A stretch of DNA of 64,000 nucleotides from Scenedesmus sp. PABB004. Lineage: Eukaryota. The DNA lies in the NCBI GenBank assembly GCA_014905635.1, contig JABVCE010000011.1, positions 434,001 to 498,000 on the forward strand, given 5' to 3'. Shown in pieces: positions 24,808-36,222 of this stretch. Each line of letters opens with the position of its first letter. The stretch's first letter is position 1. The notes under the pieces were generated by a model. The model was not told where the DNA came from. It worked only from the letters and a program-made list of their open reading frames with translations, and searched no databases. Both the position numbers and the translations under genes were made by a program.

Positions 24808-27526
24808 TCACTCGCGCCCCCCCGGCGCTGCCTGGCCGCTCTGCTCGGCCGCGGCCGCGGCGGCGGCGGCGGCGGCCGCCGCCAGCGCGTGCGCCGCGGG
24901 CGGCGCGTGCGCCGCGCCGTGGCCCGCGGCCGCGCTCAGCACCGCCGCCCACGCCGCCGGCGACAGCCCCGCGCCCGCGGCGGCGGCCGGGTGCGGCGCC
25001 GCGTCGGCGCCCGCGGCCGCGCAGCACGCCGGCGCGGGCGGCGGCGCCGCGGCCTTGCCGCCCTGCCGCGCCGCCGTGTTGCCGAGGGTTCGGAACTTGA
25101 TCTTGCGAATCTGCGGGGTTTCAACGGCGAGCGTGCCGGCAGGGGTTGAGACGGCGAGCGGGCCGGCAGGGGTCAGCGGGGCCGGCGGCCGCGCGGCGCC
25201 CGCTGCGCCGCCGGCCCCCGGCGCCCCGCCCCGCGCCGCGGGCGCACCTGGCCCATGTTGAGCTCCAGGCCGGGGTACTTTGCCTGCATGTCCTTGATGA
25301 CGCAGTGTGTGTAGCGCTCCGGGTTTGCCGTCACGTGGTGCCGCACGCTCGCGACGAGCTCCGCCATCTGCACGCCGCTCAGGCGCTGCCGCTTGGCCGC
25401 CGGCGCGGGGGGCGCCGCCGCCGCCGCCGCGAGCTGCGGCGCCGCCAGCTGCGCCGCGGCCGCCGCGGCGGCGGCGAGGCTGCCCGCGCTCGCGCTGCGG
25501 TGCGCCGCCTGCAGCTGCAGGCCCGCCGCCGCGCCAAGCGCCTGCTGCACCGCCGCCGCGCCGAGCGCCTGCTGCACCGCCGCGACCTGCTGCAGCTGCA
25601 GCGCGGAGGGCCAGGGCAGCGCCTGCGCGGCGGCGGCGGCCGCCGCCGCGCTCGGTGCCCCAGCCAGCGCCGCGGCCACCGCCGCGTCGACGCTCGCCCG
25701 CAGCGGGTCGCCGGCCCCGCCGGGGCCGGGCGAGGTGTCGTGCTTGCGCTTCAGCCCGCCCCCGCCGCGCGGCGACGCGGGGCCGGCGACGCGCCGCCGG
25801 GCGGCGGCCGGAAGCCCGACAGCAGCGCCATCGTCTCCGCCGCCGCCGCGGTGGCGCTGTCCACGGCGGCGCCGTCCTCCGAGGCCTTGGCGCCGGCCCG
25901 CGGCGCGAGCAGCGGCGGCGGCGGCGGCGGCGCCGCCGCGGCGCCCCCGCCCGCCGCCTCGGCCGCGGGGCCGGGCTCGAGCGAGGGCTCGCGGCTGCTG
26001 CTGAACGCGTCGTCGTCGCCGTCGAGGCCCGACCCGGGCGCCGCCGACGCGCTGCGCTCGCGGCCCGGGTCGCCGCCCGCCGCCGCGGCGGCCGCGGCGG
26101 CGGCGAGGCCCGCCAGCCCGGCCGCGTCCTGCGAGCCGCGCCGCTCGGGGCCGCCGCCGGCCTTGCTCGCCTCGTTGGCCCTGCGCGCGCGCGCGGAGCG
26201 GGCGCGCGTGAGCCGCGGGCCGGCTGGCCGGGACGCGCAGCGGGGCGCGGCTGGGCTGCTCGCCGCACGGCCGAGCCGCCCGTGCTGCCGCGGCGGCGGC
26301 GAGGTCAAGGTCCTCACCTGAACTTGATCTTGCGCACGCAGGCGTTGTTGATCTCCAGCCCCGGCCACCGGCCCTGCATCTCCCGGATGACGAGCTCCGT
26401 GTACCTGGAGGCGCCCGGCGCGGGGCGGGGCGGGCGTGGGCGCGGGGCGCGGGTGTGTGGGCGCGTGCGCGGGCGCGCGCCGCGCCGCGCCGCGACGCCA
26501 GGGGCGGGGCGGGGCCGGGCGCCGGCCGCGCCGCCGCGGGCGGGGCGGGGCGCCGCGCGCACCGTCCGGGGAAGGCCGCGTAGTTGCGCTCCACGCTCTC
26601 CAGGATCGCCGCGTGCTGCTCGCGCGTGAAGCGCGGCTTGCGCGCCGCGGCCGACCGCCCGGGCGGCGCCGCGCCGAGCGCCGCGAGCGCCGCCGCGTCG
26701 TGGTACGGCTGCGCCTGCGCCTGCGCCTGTGCGGCGGCGGCGGCGAGCGCCGGCCAGGCGGCCTGCTGCGCCGCCGCGGCGTGCATGGCGGTCACCAGCG
26801 CCGCCTGGCCGGGCAGCCCGCCGGCGCCGACGAGGCCCGCCGCGGCGGCGAGCTCGGCGGCGGCGGCGGCCGCCGCGGCCGCGTCCGGCGCGGGCGCGAG
26901 GTCCAGCGGCGCGAGGTCCAGCGGCGTGATGGGCAGCAGCTGCTGCTCCGGCTGCGCCCGCCGCGCCTGCTCCAGCGCCTGCTCCAGCACCGGCGCGCCG
27001 GCCGCGGCCGCGCCGCAGCACGGCTCCGGCTTGGGCGTCGGCGCCTCCTCCGCCGCGGGCGAGGCGGGCGCGGGCGCGGCGTCGCCTGCGGGGCGGGGGG
27101 CGGCGGCGCGCAGGAGAGTGGGCGGCGGCACGTTCCGCGCGGCGGCGCCGTTCCGGGCGCGGCGCACACGGGCGCCGCCGCGGCGCCGGCAGCTGCGCCG
27201 GCGCGCCGGGGGATGCGCGCCCGCCCGCCGCAGCGCCCACCTGCGGCCGCGGCGCCCGCCTGGGCCAGCTCTGCCGCGAGCTCGCGCAGCAGCGTGACCT
27301 GCACGCCCGCCACGATGCTGCGGGCGCTGGCGGCGTCGATGAAGGCGCAGAGCTTGGCGTAGGCGTCCTCAGCCCGCGCCGCGGCGGCCCCCGGGGCCCG
27401 GGCGGCGGGGCGGGCCGGGCACGGGGGGCCCGGCTGCTGTTTGGGGCCGCCCGCGCCCGGCAGCGCCGCGCCGGGCCCGCCAGGCGCGGCTGGCACTCCC
27501 GCGGCCGGGCCGGAGCGCTCCGTCAT
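24808..27526 (-). CDS. Hypothetical nuclear protein with two related ~55-aa HTH-like repeats
   Basis: Spliced repeats RKPRFTREQHAAILESVERNYAAFPGRYTELVIREMQGRWPGLEINNACVRKIKFR and KRQRLSGVQMAELVASVRHHVTANPERYTHCVIKDMQAKYPGLELNMGQIRKIKFR, set in Ala/Gln/Pro low-complexity linkers. Confidence 0.7.
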
Positions 27527-27642
27527 GGGTTCGGTGGCGTGGGGGCGCGGCGGGGGGCGTGCCGCTCGGGGGCCGCGTCGCGCCGGCGGGGTCGCGCCGG
27601 CCTCAACAGCGCCCGCAACAGGCGCAACACGGGCTCTCCCGG

Positions 27643-28149
27643 GGCGCGGCGGGCGGCGCGCTGCGTCGCGGCGTCGGCATCGGGCGCTGCGCGCTCGTGC
27701 GGCGCAGCGGGGCGCCGGTGCGGGCTGGATTTGCGGGGAACGGCGGCTCGCGAGGCGCGGCTGTGGGCGAGGCGTCGCAGGGCGGGGCGGAGGGGGCGGC
27801 AATCCAGGCGCGCGAGGGGCACTTGCGACGCGTTCCACGGGCTGTTAGAATGACCCGCGGCGCAGCCACGGCGTGCCTCGGCGCCGCAGCCCGCCAGGGC
27901 GCCCGGGGGCTGGCGGCACCGCGCGGAGCGGCGCGGCGCCGCGCGCGGCGCTGGGCGCGGCCCGCGCGGCGGCGCCGTCGGGCGGCGTAGGAGAGTCGGG
28001 GCGCGCCGCGCGTGGCGTGCCGGCGCGCGGGCGCCCCTGGACGTGTGCAGCGCCCGCGCACGCGCACTGCGCGCCGCCCCGCGTGGTCCGAGCGGTGCCG
28101 GGGGCGCCCCGGTCCGCGCGGTCCGCCTGCGCTGCCCGCACACAGCACG
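27643..28149. repeat. Left arm of 507-bp inverted repeat
   Basis: Reverse complement of 28407-28913. Three mismatches seen by eye. Confidence 0.95.
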
Positions 28150-28250
28150 CCGGCGGCGCCGCGTGGCCGCGCCCGGCCCGCGTGCCAGGTACCGGCGCGC
28201 CAAGGCCGAGGCTCAGTGCTCAGTCAGGCGCGGTGCCCGGGCAGGGCGCG

Positions 28251-28413
28251 CCGCCGCGCCGCGCCGCGCCCGCAGTCGCCCAACTCGCCGCTCGACGTCT
28301 CCGTGTCGGCCGACCTCTGGCCGCTGCTCAAGTTTGCGACCGCGGCCAACACCTTCCTGCCCGCCGCCGCGGGCAGCGGCGCGGGCGGGCTGGTGCTGCT
28401 GCCGGCCGTGCTG
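28251..28413 (+). repeat. Captured gene fragment (intron 3' end plus part of an exon) from about 32646-32808
   Basis: Encodes SPNSPLDVSVSADLWPLLKFATAANTFLPAAAGSGAGGLVLLPAVL, identical to the minus-strand exon except one GTG>GCG change. Includes the upstream CAG acceptor. Confidence 0.95.
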
Positions 28414-28913
28414 TGTGCGGGCAGCGCAGGCGGACCGCGCGGACCGGGGCGCCCCCGGCACCGCTCGGACCACGCGGGGCGGCGCGCAGTGCGCGTGCGC
28501 GGGCGCTGCACACGTCCAGGGGCGCCCGCGCGCCGGCACGCCACGCGCGGCGCGCCCCGACTCTCCTACGCCGCCCGACGGCGCCGCCGCGCGGGCCGCG
28601 CCCAGCCCCACGCGCGGCGCCGCGCCGCTCCGCGCGGTGCCGCCAGCCCCCGGGCGCCCTGGCGGGCTGCGGCGCCGAGGCACGCCGTGGCTGCGCCGCG
28701 GGTCATTCTAACAGCCCGTGGAACGCGTCGCAAGTGCCCCTCGCGCGCCTGGATTGCCGCCCCCTCCGCCCCGCCCTGCGACGCCTCGCCCACAGCCGCG
28801 CCTCGCGAGCCGCCGTTCCCCGCAAATCCAGCCCGCACCGGCGCCCCGCTGCGCCGCACGAGCGCGCAGCGCCCGATGCCGACGCCGTGACGCAGCGCGC
28901 CGCCCGCCGCGCC
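28407..28913. repeat. Right arm of 507-bp inverted repeat
   Basis: Reverse complement of 27643-28149. Confidence 0.95.
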
Positions 28914-30190
28914 GCGCCGGCGCGCACGCGCGCAACACCCCGCCGCGTGCGGGCGGCTGGCAGCACACCGGGCGGGCGCCGCGCTCGCTCAAACGTCGGA
29001 CGCGGTGCCGGCCGGCGGGCGCCGCCGCGCCCCCGCGCGCGGGCGCGCGCTGCCGCCGGCACGCACACTGCAGCGACAGACTCTTGGGGACAACGTGCCT
29101 GCACCGCGCGGCGCACGGGTCGCCGCTCCGCCTGGAGCGGCCGGGAGCGTGCCGCGCTGCTGCCGGCCGGCCGCCAACGTCCCCCGCGGGGTGCTGAGCA
29201 CGCCGCCGACAGGCGGTGGCGCCGCCGCGCGCTGCCGGCCGGCGGCCGCGCCGACGGCGGCCGCGCCCAGGCGCGGCCCGCGCGCGCCTGGCCGACTCGG
29301 GCGGCTGCCGGGCCCGGCGGCCTGCGAGAGGGCTCGTCGCTGAAGCGCTCGGGGCGCGCTGCGCGCCGGCCAGCGCGCCCAGGGCGACCTCGAGGTGCGC
29401 TGAACCCGGCAAGGTCATCAGCTGCTCGGCGCCGGCCCCCGCGCGCCCCCGCGCCGCCCACTCTGCCCCCGCGCGCCGCTCCCACGGGTCGCCCCGGCAC
29501 GCCGCGCGCCCGCACGCTGCGCCTCCAGCCCGCGCGCCCGCTCGCGGCCCGCCCGCCGTCGGCCCACGCCCCGGCGAGCCGTCCGAGCGCGCCCGGCGCG
29601 CAGCAGGCGCTGCCACGCAGCCTCCCTGAGCGGCACGCGCCCCGCGGCGCATCCCGCGAGCCCCCCGGCCTCGGTCCTCGTCAGCCGCGAACCGGCCCTC
29701 CCAGGAGCACCCCAGGTGCGCGGCGCATGCGCGGACGCGCGCACGGGCATCGCGGCACGCCGGCGGGGCGCGGCGCGGCGTCGCGGCCGGGGGCCGGCGC
29801 GTGCCCGAATCTCCGCCGTTGCGCGCGCTGGGGCGGCAGCGGACCGCGCATTCGGGGCGGCGCGCCGCCCCGCCATCGCAGCTGGCGCGGCGCGGGCGGG
29901 CGGGGCAGGGGCGCGCCGGGCCGCGGCATGGGTCCGCCGCTCCTCGGGGCGGGCGCCCCCGGCCCCGCGAGCGGCTGCCCGGCCCGCCCCTCGCGCGCCC
30001 GGCCCGCTGCACGTGCGACGGGGCATAGGGGCCAACGCGCGGCGCTGCCCCGGCGCGGCGGCGGCGCAGCAGCGGCGGCGGCGCGCGCGGGCGGTGCCCT
30101 TTTTTTGGGGCCCAACCGCTGCCGCCTCTCTCTTTTCCGCCTTGCCCTCACTCGCCCGCGCCACGCCGCGCCCGCGCAGGCCCCGCCACG

Positions 30191-30646
30191 ATGCTGGGCG
30201 ACCTGGAGATCGTGCACAGCGCGCAGCGCGACGCGCCCACGATGCGCCGCCTCTCGCTCGACCTCATGTCCTCCCACTCCCAGGCCGCCGCGGCGGGCGG
30301 CCGCGCGAGCGTCGACGGCGGCGGCGCGTTCAGCCTGCGCCGCCTCTCGACCAGCAGCGTCGCATCAACTGCCTCGGCGAGCTCCGCGGGCAGCCCCAGC
30401 TACTCCTCCTCGCTGCCCACGAGCGCCGGCCTCTGGCCGGAGCGCGTCACGGGGCTGTCCGGCCTCTTCCGCGCGACGAGCATGCCGCCACCGCGCGCGG
30501 GCGGCGGCGGCGGCGGCGGCGGCTCGCCGACCGCGCCGACCGCGCTCGGCCACAGCGCGTCGCTGCGCGCGCCCGGCGCGGCGCCCGAGGCTCGCATGCC
30601 GGCGCTCATCCGGAGCCTCTCCAAGGGCATGGACTCCTTCCGCTGA
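30191..30646 (+). CDS. Small Ser-rich disordered protein (151 aa, single coding exon)
   Basis: ATG-started ORF with strong C/G third-position bias and a non-artefactual composition. Preceded by a pyrimidine tract and CAG (possible 5'UTR intron acceptor). Confidence 0.7.
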   Translation: MLGDLEIVHSAQRDAPTMRRLSLDLMSSHSQAAAAGGRASVDGGGAFSLRRLSTSSVASTASASSAGSPSYSSSLPTSAGLWPERVTGLSGLFRATSMPPPRAGGGGGGGGSPTAPTALGHSASLRAPGAAPEARMPALIRSLSKGMDSFR

Positions 30647-31737
30647 GCCCCCCGGCCGAGGCCGGCCGGCGCGCGGGCGCCCTTCCTCCCGCACGCGCGC
30701 GCTCGCCTGGGCGCGCGCGGGCGCGCCGCGCTAGAGCCCCGCCGCGCCGCCGGCGCGCCCCGCGTCTGCGCGCGGGCGCCGGCGGCGCGGCCGGCTGTAC
30801 ATAGCCCCCGCAGCACTTGATGACACACGAGCGGAGCCCCCGCTGCGCTGCTGCTGCGCCGCAGCAGCAGCCGGCCAGCCGCATGGTTGCGGGTTCACAC
30901 ACCGTTTGATGGGCGAGAGTGGAGCACCGACGCGTGCCTGTCGACTGACTGATGCGGCGGCGTTCCCGCCGGCCCGACGCCGCCCGCGCGCGGCGCGCGC
31001 CTCCGCTCGTGCGCCGCCGCCGCCCCTGCGCGCAGCGCTCTGGGGCGGCGGCGCGCGCGCGCGCGCGCGAGCGCGCGGCCCGCGGCGGCGCCGACGCCTA
31101 CCGTGCCGTGTGCGCCCCGCGCGCGAAGAAAATTTGCTTGCGACGAGGCTAGCTGGGGCGTGCCGGCCCTCTCCTTCCTGTCTGTGCCCCCCGCGGCACG
31201 CGCACTTGCTTGCTTGCGGCTGGCGGTGGGCGGTTGGGGCCCACGCGGCGTAGGGCAGCGCCGCTCCCGGCGGCGGCGGTGGTGGGGGGCGATGACGACA
31301 GCGGCGGCGGCGCGGCCTCCTGCGAGTCCCCCCCTTTGGCTCCCACGTGGCGTCGGCTGCGGCCCGCCTGCTGCTCCCTCTGTGTGATTGATCGCGTGCT
31401 GCGCTCTCCTGCGCTGTGTGTGGGCCCCCGCGTCGCGGCCGTGCCGCGACGCGCGCGGGCCGGGGGCGGTCTGGGGGCGGTGTGGGCAAACCTTGTCTGC
31501 TCCTGCACGTCGGCGAGCTGCACTCCTTGCATGCACTGTTGAGGCACGCTCCTTGGGCTCGAGGGGGGCTTGGGAGGGCTTGTCCGTGGGCTCGCCCGCT
31601 GCTGCGGGCTCCCTGTGAAATCACCGCGGCGGCGGCCCCCTTTTCCAATGGCGGGGACGCGCCATGTATACCATGTGCACAGGCGGCGGTTGGACGGCGG
31701 TCGATCGCGGCGGGCGGACGGCGGGCATGTGTTGTGT

Positions 31738-31742
31738 TGTAA
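31738..31742 (+). terminator. TGTAA polyadenylation signal, probably for 30191-30646
   Basis: UGUAA is the established chlorophyte poly(A) signal. It lies in a lower-GC stretch between convergent genes. Confidence 0.5.
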
Positions 31743-31924
31743 CAAGCCCTCGCGCGCGACGCCCCCGGCCGCGCTCCGATCAGGGCCAGTGCGATGGTGA
31801 TGCTCTCTCTCGCGCGCGTGCCGCAGTGCTTACGAACGAAAGGGCAAAGGCAGCCGGTGTACACCCCCGCACGACGACGCACGCGCGCCGCCGCAACCCG
31901 CCCCCATGGCCAGCGCCCCAGCGC

Positions 31925-34900
31925 TCACGCGACGGCCGGCGCCGGCGCCGCGGGCATCGGCACGAGGCGCAGGCTGTACACGACGCGGCCGCCGCCCACC
32001 GCGCCGCCCGCGCCGGCGCCCGGCGCGCGCCGCCCGCCGCGGCCGCCGCCGCGGCCGCCGCCGCGGCCGCCGCCGCCGCCGCCGCGAGCGGCGCCGCCGC
32101 CGCCGCCGGGGGCCTCGCCGCCGCCGGCGGCCTCGCCGCCGCCGCCGAGCGCTGGCGGTGGTGGCGCGGCGAGCGTCTCGGCGTAGGGCATGACGCCGAC
32201 GTCGAGCGCGGCGCCCTTTTGCTGCAGCCGCACGCGCGCCGCCGCGACCGCCGCCATCGCGATCGTCAGCAGCGGCGGCGTGCGGCCGAGCGGGCCGACG
32301 AAGCGCACGGCCGCGGGCTGCTCCTGCAGCACCTTGGCCACGATCGCGTCGCGCAGCTTGATGGGGTCGGTGCTCAGCGACACGCGCAGCTGCGCCGACT
32401 CGTCGACCTCCAGGCCTGCGCGGCGCGTACGTGCGGCGGGCAGGCGCGCGCGTCAGCGGCGGCGCGGCCGGGCCGCCGGGCCGAGACAGGCGCCTGTGCC
32501 CGCGCGGCGCGCCCGCGCGGCGCGCGCGCGCACCGCCGGGGAGCGCGCCGGCGAAGCGCTGCAGGCGGATGGCGTACGGCACGAGCGTCTGGCGGGTGTC
32601 GTCAAAGCGATAGTCCGACGCGACCGCCGCGGGCTCGGGCGCGGGCAGCACGGCCGGCAGCAGCACCAGCCCGCCCGCGCCGCTGCCCGCGGCGGCGGGC
32701 AGGAAGGTGTTGGCCACGGTCGCAAACTTGAGCAGCGGCCAGAGGTCGGCCGACACGGAGACGTCGAGCGGCGAGTTGGGCGACTGCGGGCGCGGCGCGG
32801 CGCGGCGCGGCGGGGTGGGCCGCGGGAGGGTCGCGGCGGCGGCGGCGCTGCCGTCGCTGCAGCTGGCCGCACAGCCGCTGCGCGCGCGCGCAAGCGGCGG
32901 CGCACCTGCAGGATGCTGCGCGCGATGTCGCTGTCGCGCACCACCAGCATGCGCAGGCGGCAGCCCGGCTCCTGCTCCGGCGCCGCTGCCGGCTTGCCGC
33001 GCTGCTGCTTCTTGCCGCGCGGCTGCCGCTGCTGCTTGCCCTTGTCCGCGGGCGCCGGCTCGGCGCCAGCCGCGGCGGCCGCGCCCGGCGCCTCGGCCAC
33101 CGCCGGCTCCTCGGCCGCCGCCGAGGCGCCGCGCTTGCCGCGCGGCGGCGCCTGCGTGAGCGGCTGCACGTCCACCAGCGCCAGCAGCCCGCCCGCGCCG
33201 TCGGCGGCGTCCATCTTGCGGCTGGCGGCCAGCAGCGCCTCCCACGCCGCCGCGTTGCCCGCGGGGCTGCCGTCGCTCCAGAGCCAGGCCGCGCCGGCGC
33301 GGCTCACGCGCGCCTCCACCGCGCCGGCGAGGCCAGAGACAGAGGAGTCAGTCGTCGCGACCGCGGGGCGGCGGTCCTCCTTCACGCCGTGCCCGCTGCG
33401 CCCCGGCTGCGGCGCCGGGACCGCCGTGAGGCGGCTGCGGCGCAGCTGCAGCTGCAGCAGCGGCTCGCCCGCGCCCGGCGCCGGCGCCTCCGGCTCGGGC
33501 GCCGGCGGCGGCGCGTCGTCGCCGTCGGCCATGGGCGCGGCAAAGGTGTTGAGCGACTCCAGGCTCTCCAGCAGCTGGTCAGCAGTGCTGGGCGGCCACA
33601 CCAGCAGCAGGCCTGCGCGCGCGCGGGCGGGCGCCGGGGGCAGGCGGGCGGGCGTCGACGCGCTGTGCGCGGCGTGGGGCTGCGGGGCGCGCGCGAGCCC
33701 ACGCACGCGCGCGCGCGCCCAGCGAGCCGGCACTCACGCTTCTTTGCCTCGCGCGCCTTGACGGCGGGCGCCCGGTCCGCGCCGGCGCCGGCGCCGGCGT
33801 CAGCGCCCGCGACCGCGCCCGCGCCGCCCGCCTCCTCCCGCCCCGGCAGCGGCGCCATCACGCGGCCGAGCAGCCCCGAGAGGCGCCCGACCTGGCCCGG
33901 CGGCAGCAGCAGCGCGACGCGGCGCTGCTTCACGAGCATCGTCTGCGCCGCCGCTGCGGCGGTCGCGAGCGGCTTGGCGTCGCTGCGCGGGAGGTTGACC
34001 TTTGGCACTGGCAGCTCCTGCAGCACGACCTGCTGCGCCAGCACCGTGATCGACGTGCCCTCCTCAAAGCGCGGCAGCACGCCGACCTCGTAGCCGCGGC
34101 TCAGCAGCTGCCCCCGCACGGCCAGCAGCGCCGCGGCCGCGCGCGCCGTCGCGGCCGCGCCCGCCGACAGCAGCGTCGCGCTGCCCGACTTGAGCAGCTC
34201 GAAGCTCAGCGTGCGCGCGAGGTCGCCCGCGTCGGTGGTGCCCTTGACCGTCAGGCGCGGCGCGCCCGCGCCGTCGCCCGTGCCGGGCGCGCCCGCGCCG
34301 GCGGCGGCGGCGCCGCCCGCCACGCTCGCGCGCGCCGGCAGGACGATTGCGGTGAAGGCCGCCGACTTGGTGAACGGCACGAACAGCAGCACGCGCCCCG
34401 GCTGGCCGAGCTGGCCCTGCGCCGCGGCGATGGTCGCGATGGTGCGGTACGTGTGCGCCTCGCTGCCGCTCGCCGCGCGGATGACCGTCTGCGGCGACTG
34501 CGGGGGCGCGGCGCGGCGGGACGCGCGGCGTGAGCGCGCGCGGCGGGGTGGGGCGCGGCCGGCGGCGCGGGCGCGGCGTGGCAGCCTGCCCCGCCGCGCG
34601 CACCTGCTCCAGGCGGCGCAGCAGCGCGTTGGCGGCCTTGCCGTCTCCGACGATGATGGCGCGCTCGCTCGGCGCGCGCTCGCTGCGGCGCGCCGCCGCG
34701 ACCGCCTGCTGCCCCGCCGCGGCGTGGCCGGCGTCGGGCTCCGGCGCCGCCGCGGGCGCGGCGTCCACGCTCACGGGCTCCACGGTCGCCGTGGCGGCGG
34801 CGCCCGCGCGGCGCGGCGCCCCGCTGCGGCGTCGTGCATCGCTGCGCAGCGCCGGCCTGCGGCGGCGGCGCCGGCGCGCCGTCAGGGCCCAAGCTCGCGA

Positions 34901-35145
34901 GCCGTCACTGCTCTCCCGGGGCGACCAATGCGCGCGCCGGGGAGCCCGCGGCAGCCCCAGGCGCCCGCGCCAGGCCCGCGCTGGCCGGGCGCGCCCCGGG
35001 CGCTGCGCGGGCTCCCGGGGCCCGCGCGCGCCGGGACAGGGCGTGCCCCTGTGACGTCGGCGCACCTGTGGGGGCCGCTGCCGACCGCAGGCCCGTGCGC
35101 GCGCCGCGCCGGCGTCGAGGGCGGGCGGCTCCGCGACGGCAGCAT
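31925..35145 (-). CDS. Multi-domain SpoVS/Alba-like putative nucleic-acid-binding protein with organelle transit peptide (multi-exon)
   Basis: Exons splice in frame from MLPSRSRPP.. to ..VYSLRLVPMPAAPAPAVA. Repeated units such as LTVKGTTDAGDLARTLSFELLKSGSATLLSAGAAATARAAAALLAVRGQLLSRGYEVGVLPRF follow the SpoVS pattern. Confidence 0.65.
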
Positions 35146-36222
35146 CGCGTTCTATGACGGAAACGTCGCACCCACGCGAACTGTCGTGGGCGGAGCGCGA
35201 GGCTGGCTAGAGCCGTGCCGGCCGCGGGAGCGGAGCAGTCGTGGGTGAGGCCAGCGCGAGCCCTGGCTCAGGGCCACCGTGCAGGCCCAACGCTGCCCCA
35301 GGAGCTGCTGCCGGAACACGCGCGCGCGACCGACCGTTGCCGCTGCGCGTGCGCCGCGCACAGAGAGCGCGGCGGCGCGGCGCGTGCCGCGCGGGTGTCA
35401 GCGCCCGCTGACCAGGCCGCCGTGGCCGCACGCCGCGCCGCTCACACAAGCGCCGACGCAGCTCCGGCCGGCCGACTCAGGCGCCAGAGCCCTCACTGGG
35501 CACCAAGTCTGGCAGGCAAGCCCCGCCGCTGCGCTGCCGAGCAGCCGAGCAGGGACGGCGCGCCGCTGCACAGGGGACCCCCGCCAGGGCGCGCCGGCAC
35601 GCGCCGCCGCTCCACCCCGAGGGAGCGTGCTGCAGGCACCTGCGGGCGCCCGGCCCGGCTCGCCGCACGCCGTCGGCTGCTGCTGCCCCGCAGCGGCGCC
35701 GCCTGCACCCGCTTCACGGCGCGGGCCAGGCCGAAGGGCTAGGGACAGCTGCGACTCGCGACGGCGTAGCCACCTGGCGGCGCAGGCTCGGCAGCTTGCT
35801 TGCTCCGACCAGCTGGCATCAGCTGAGCGTGACGAAGTGACCTACAGCAACAAAGGGAGAGCGGCTGGGGTGAGCACGCAGACGCACCCGGGCCAGCGGG
35901 CCTTGGCCGCCTGGGGTGAGCGCGCCGCGAGGCGCAGCCGCTGGTCGCTAACGCCAGCAGCAGCTGGCTGGCGAAGACAGAGCCACCGCGAGGCCGGGGC
36001 GTGCGCAGTGCAGCGACGCCCTAGACGCCGCGCTGCCCTGCCTCGGCCCCCCTGGGCGCGCCGGCGCCCGCCGGGCGGCCGCCTGCGGCGGCGCCGCCGC
36101 CGCCCGCCGCGGCGCGCCGGCCTCACCTGCGGCGCGCCCGCCCGCCCGGCCGGGCTGCTCGCAGCAGCCCGGCGCGGCCGGGCCGGGCTCCGCGGGGCCC
36201 GCTGAGGCGGCCCCGCATCCCC

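Noticed and set aside
27643..28913. Pack-MULE or foldback transposon interpretation of the inverted repeat
   Set aside because: No target-site duplication outside the arms and no transposase in the window. Internal microhomologies explain the structure better. Not fully excluded without a genome-wide search.
35150..36220. Possible extra gene or ncRNA in the lower-GC spacer
   Set aside because: No convincing coding pattern or RNA motif. Likely the KH gene 3'UTR plus the promoter of the SpoVS-like gene.
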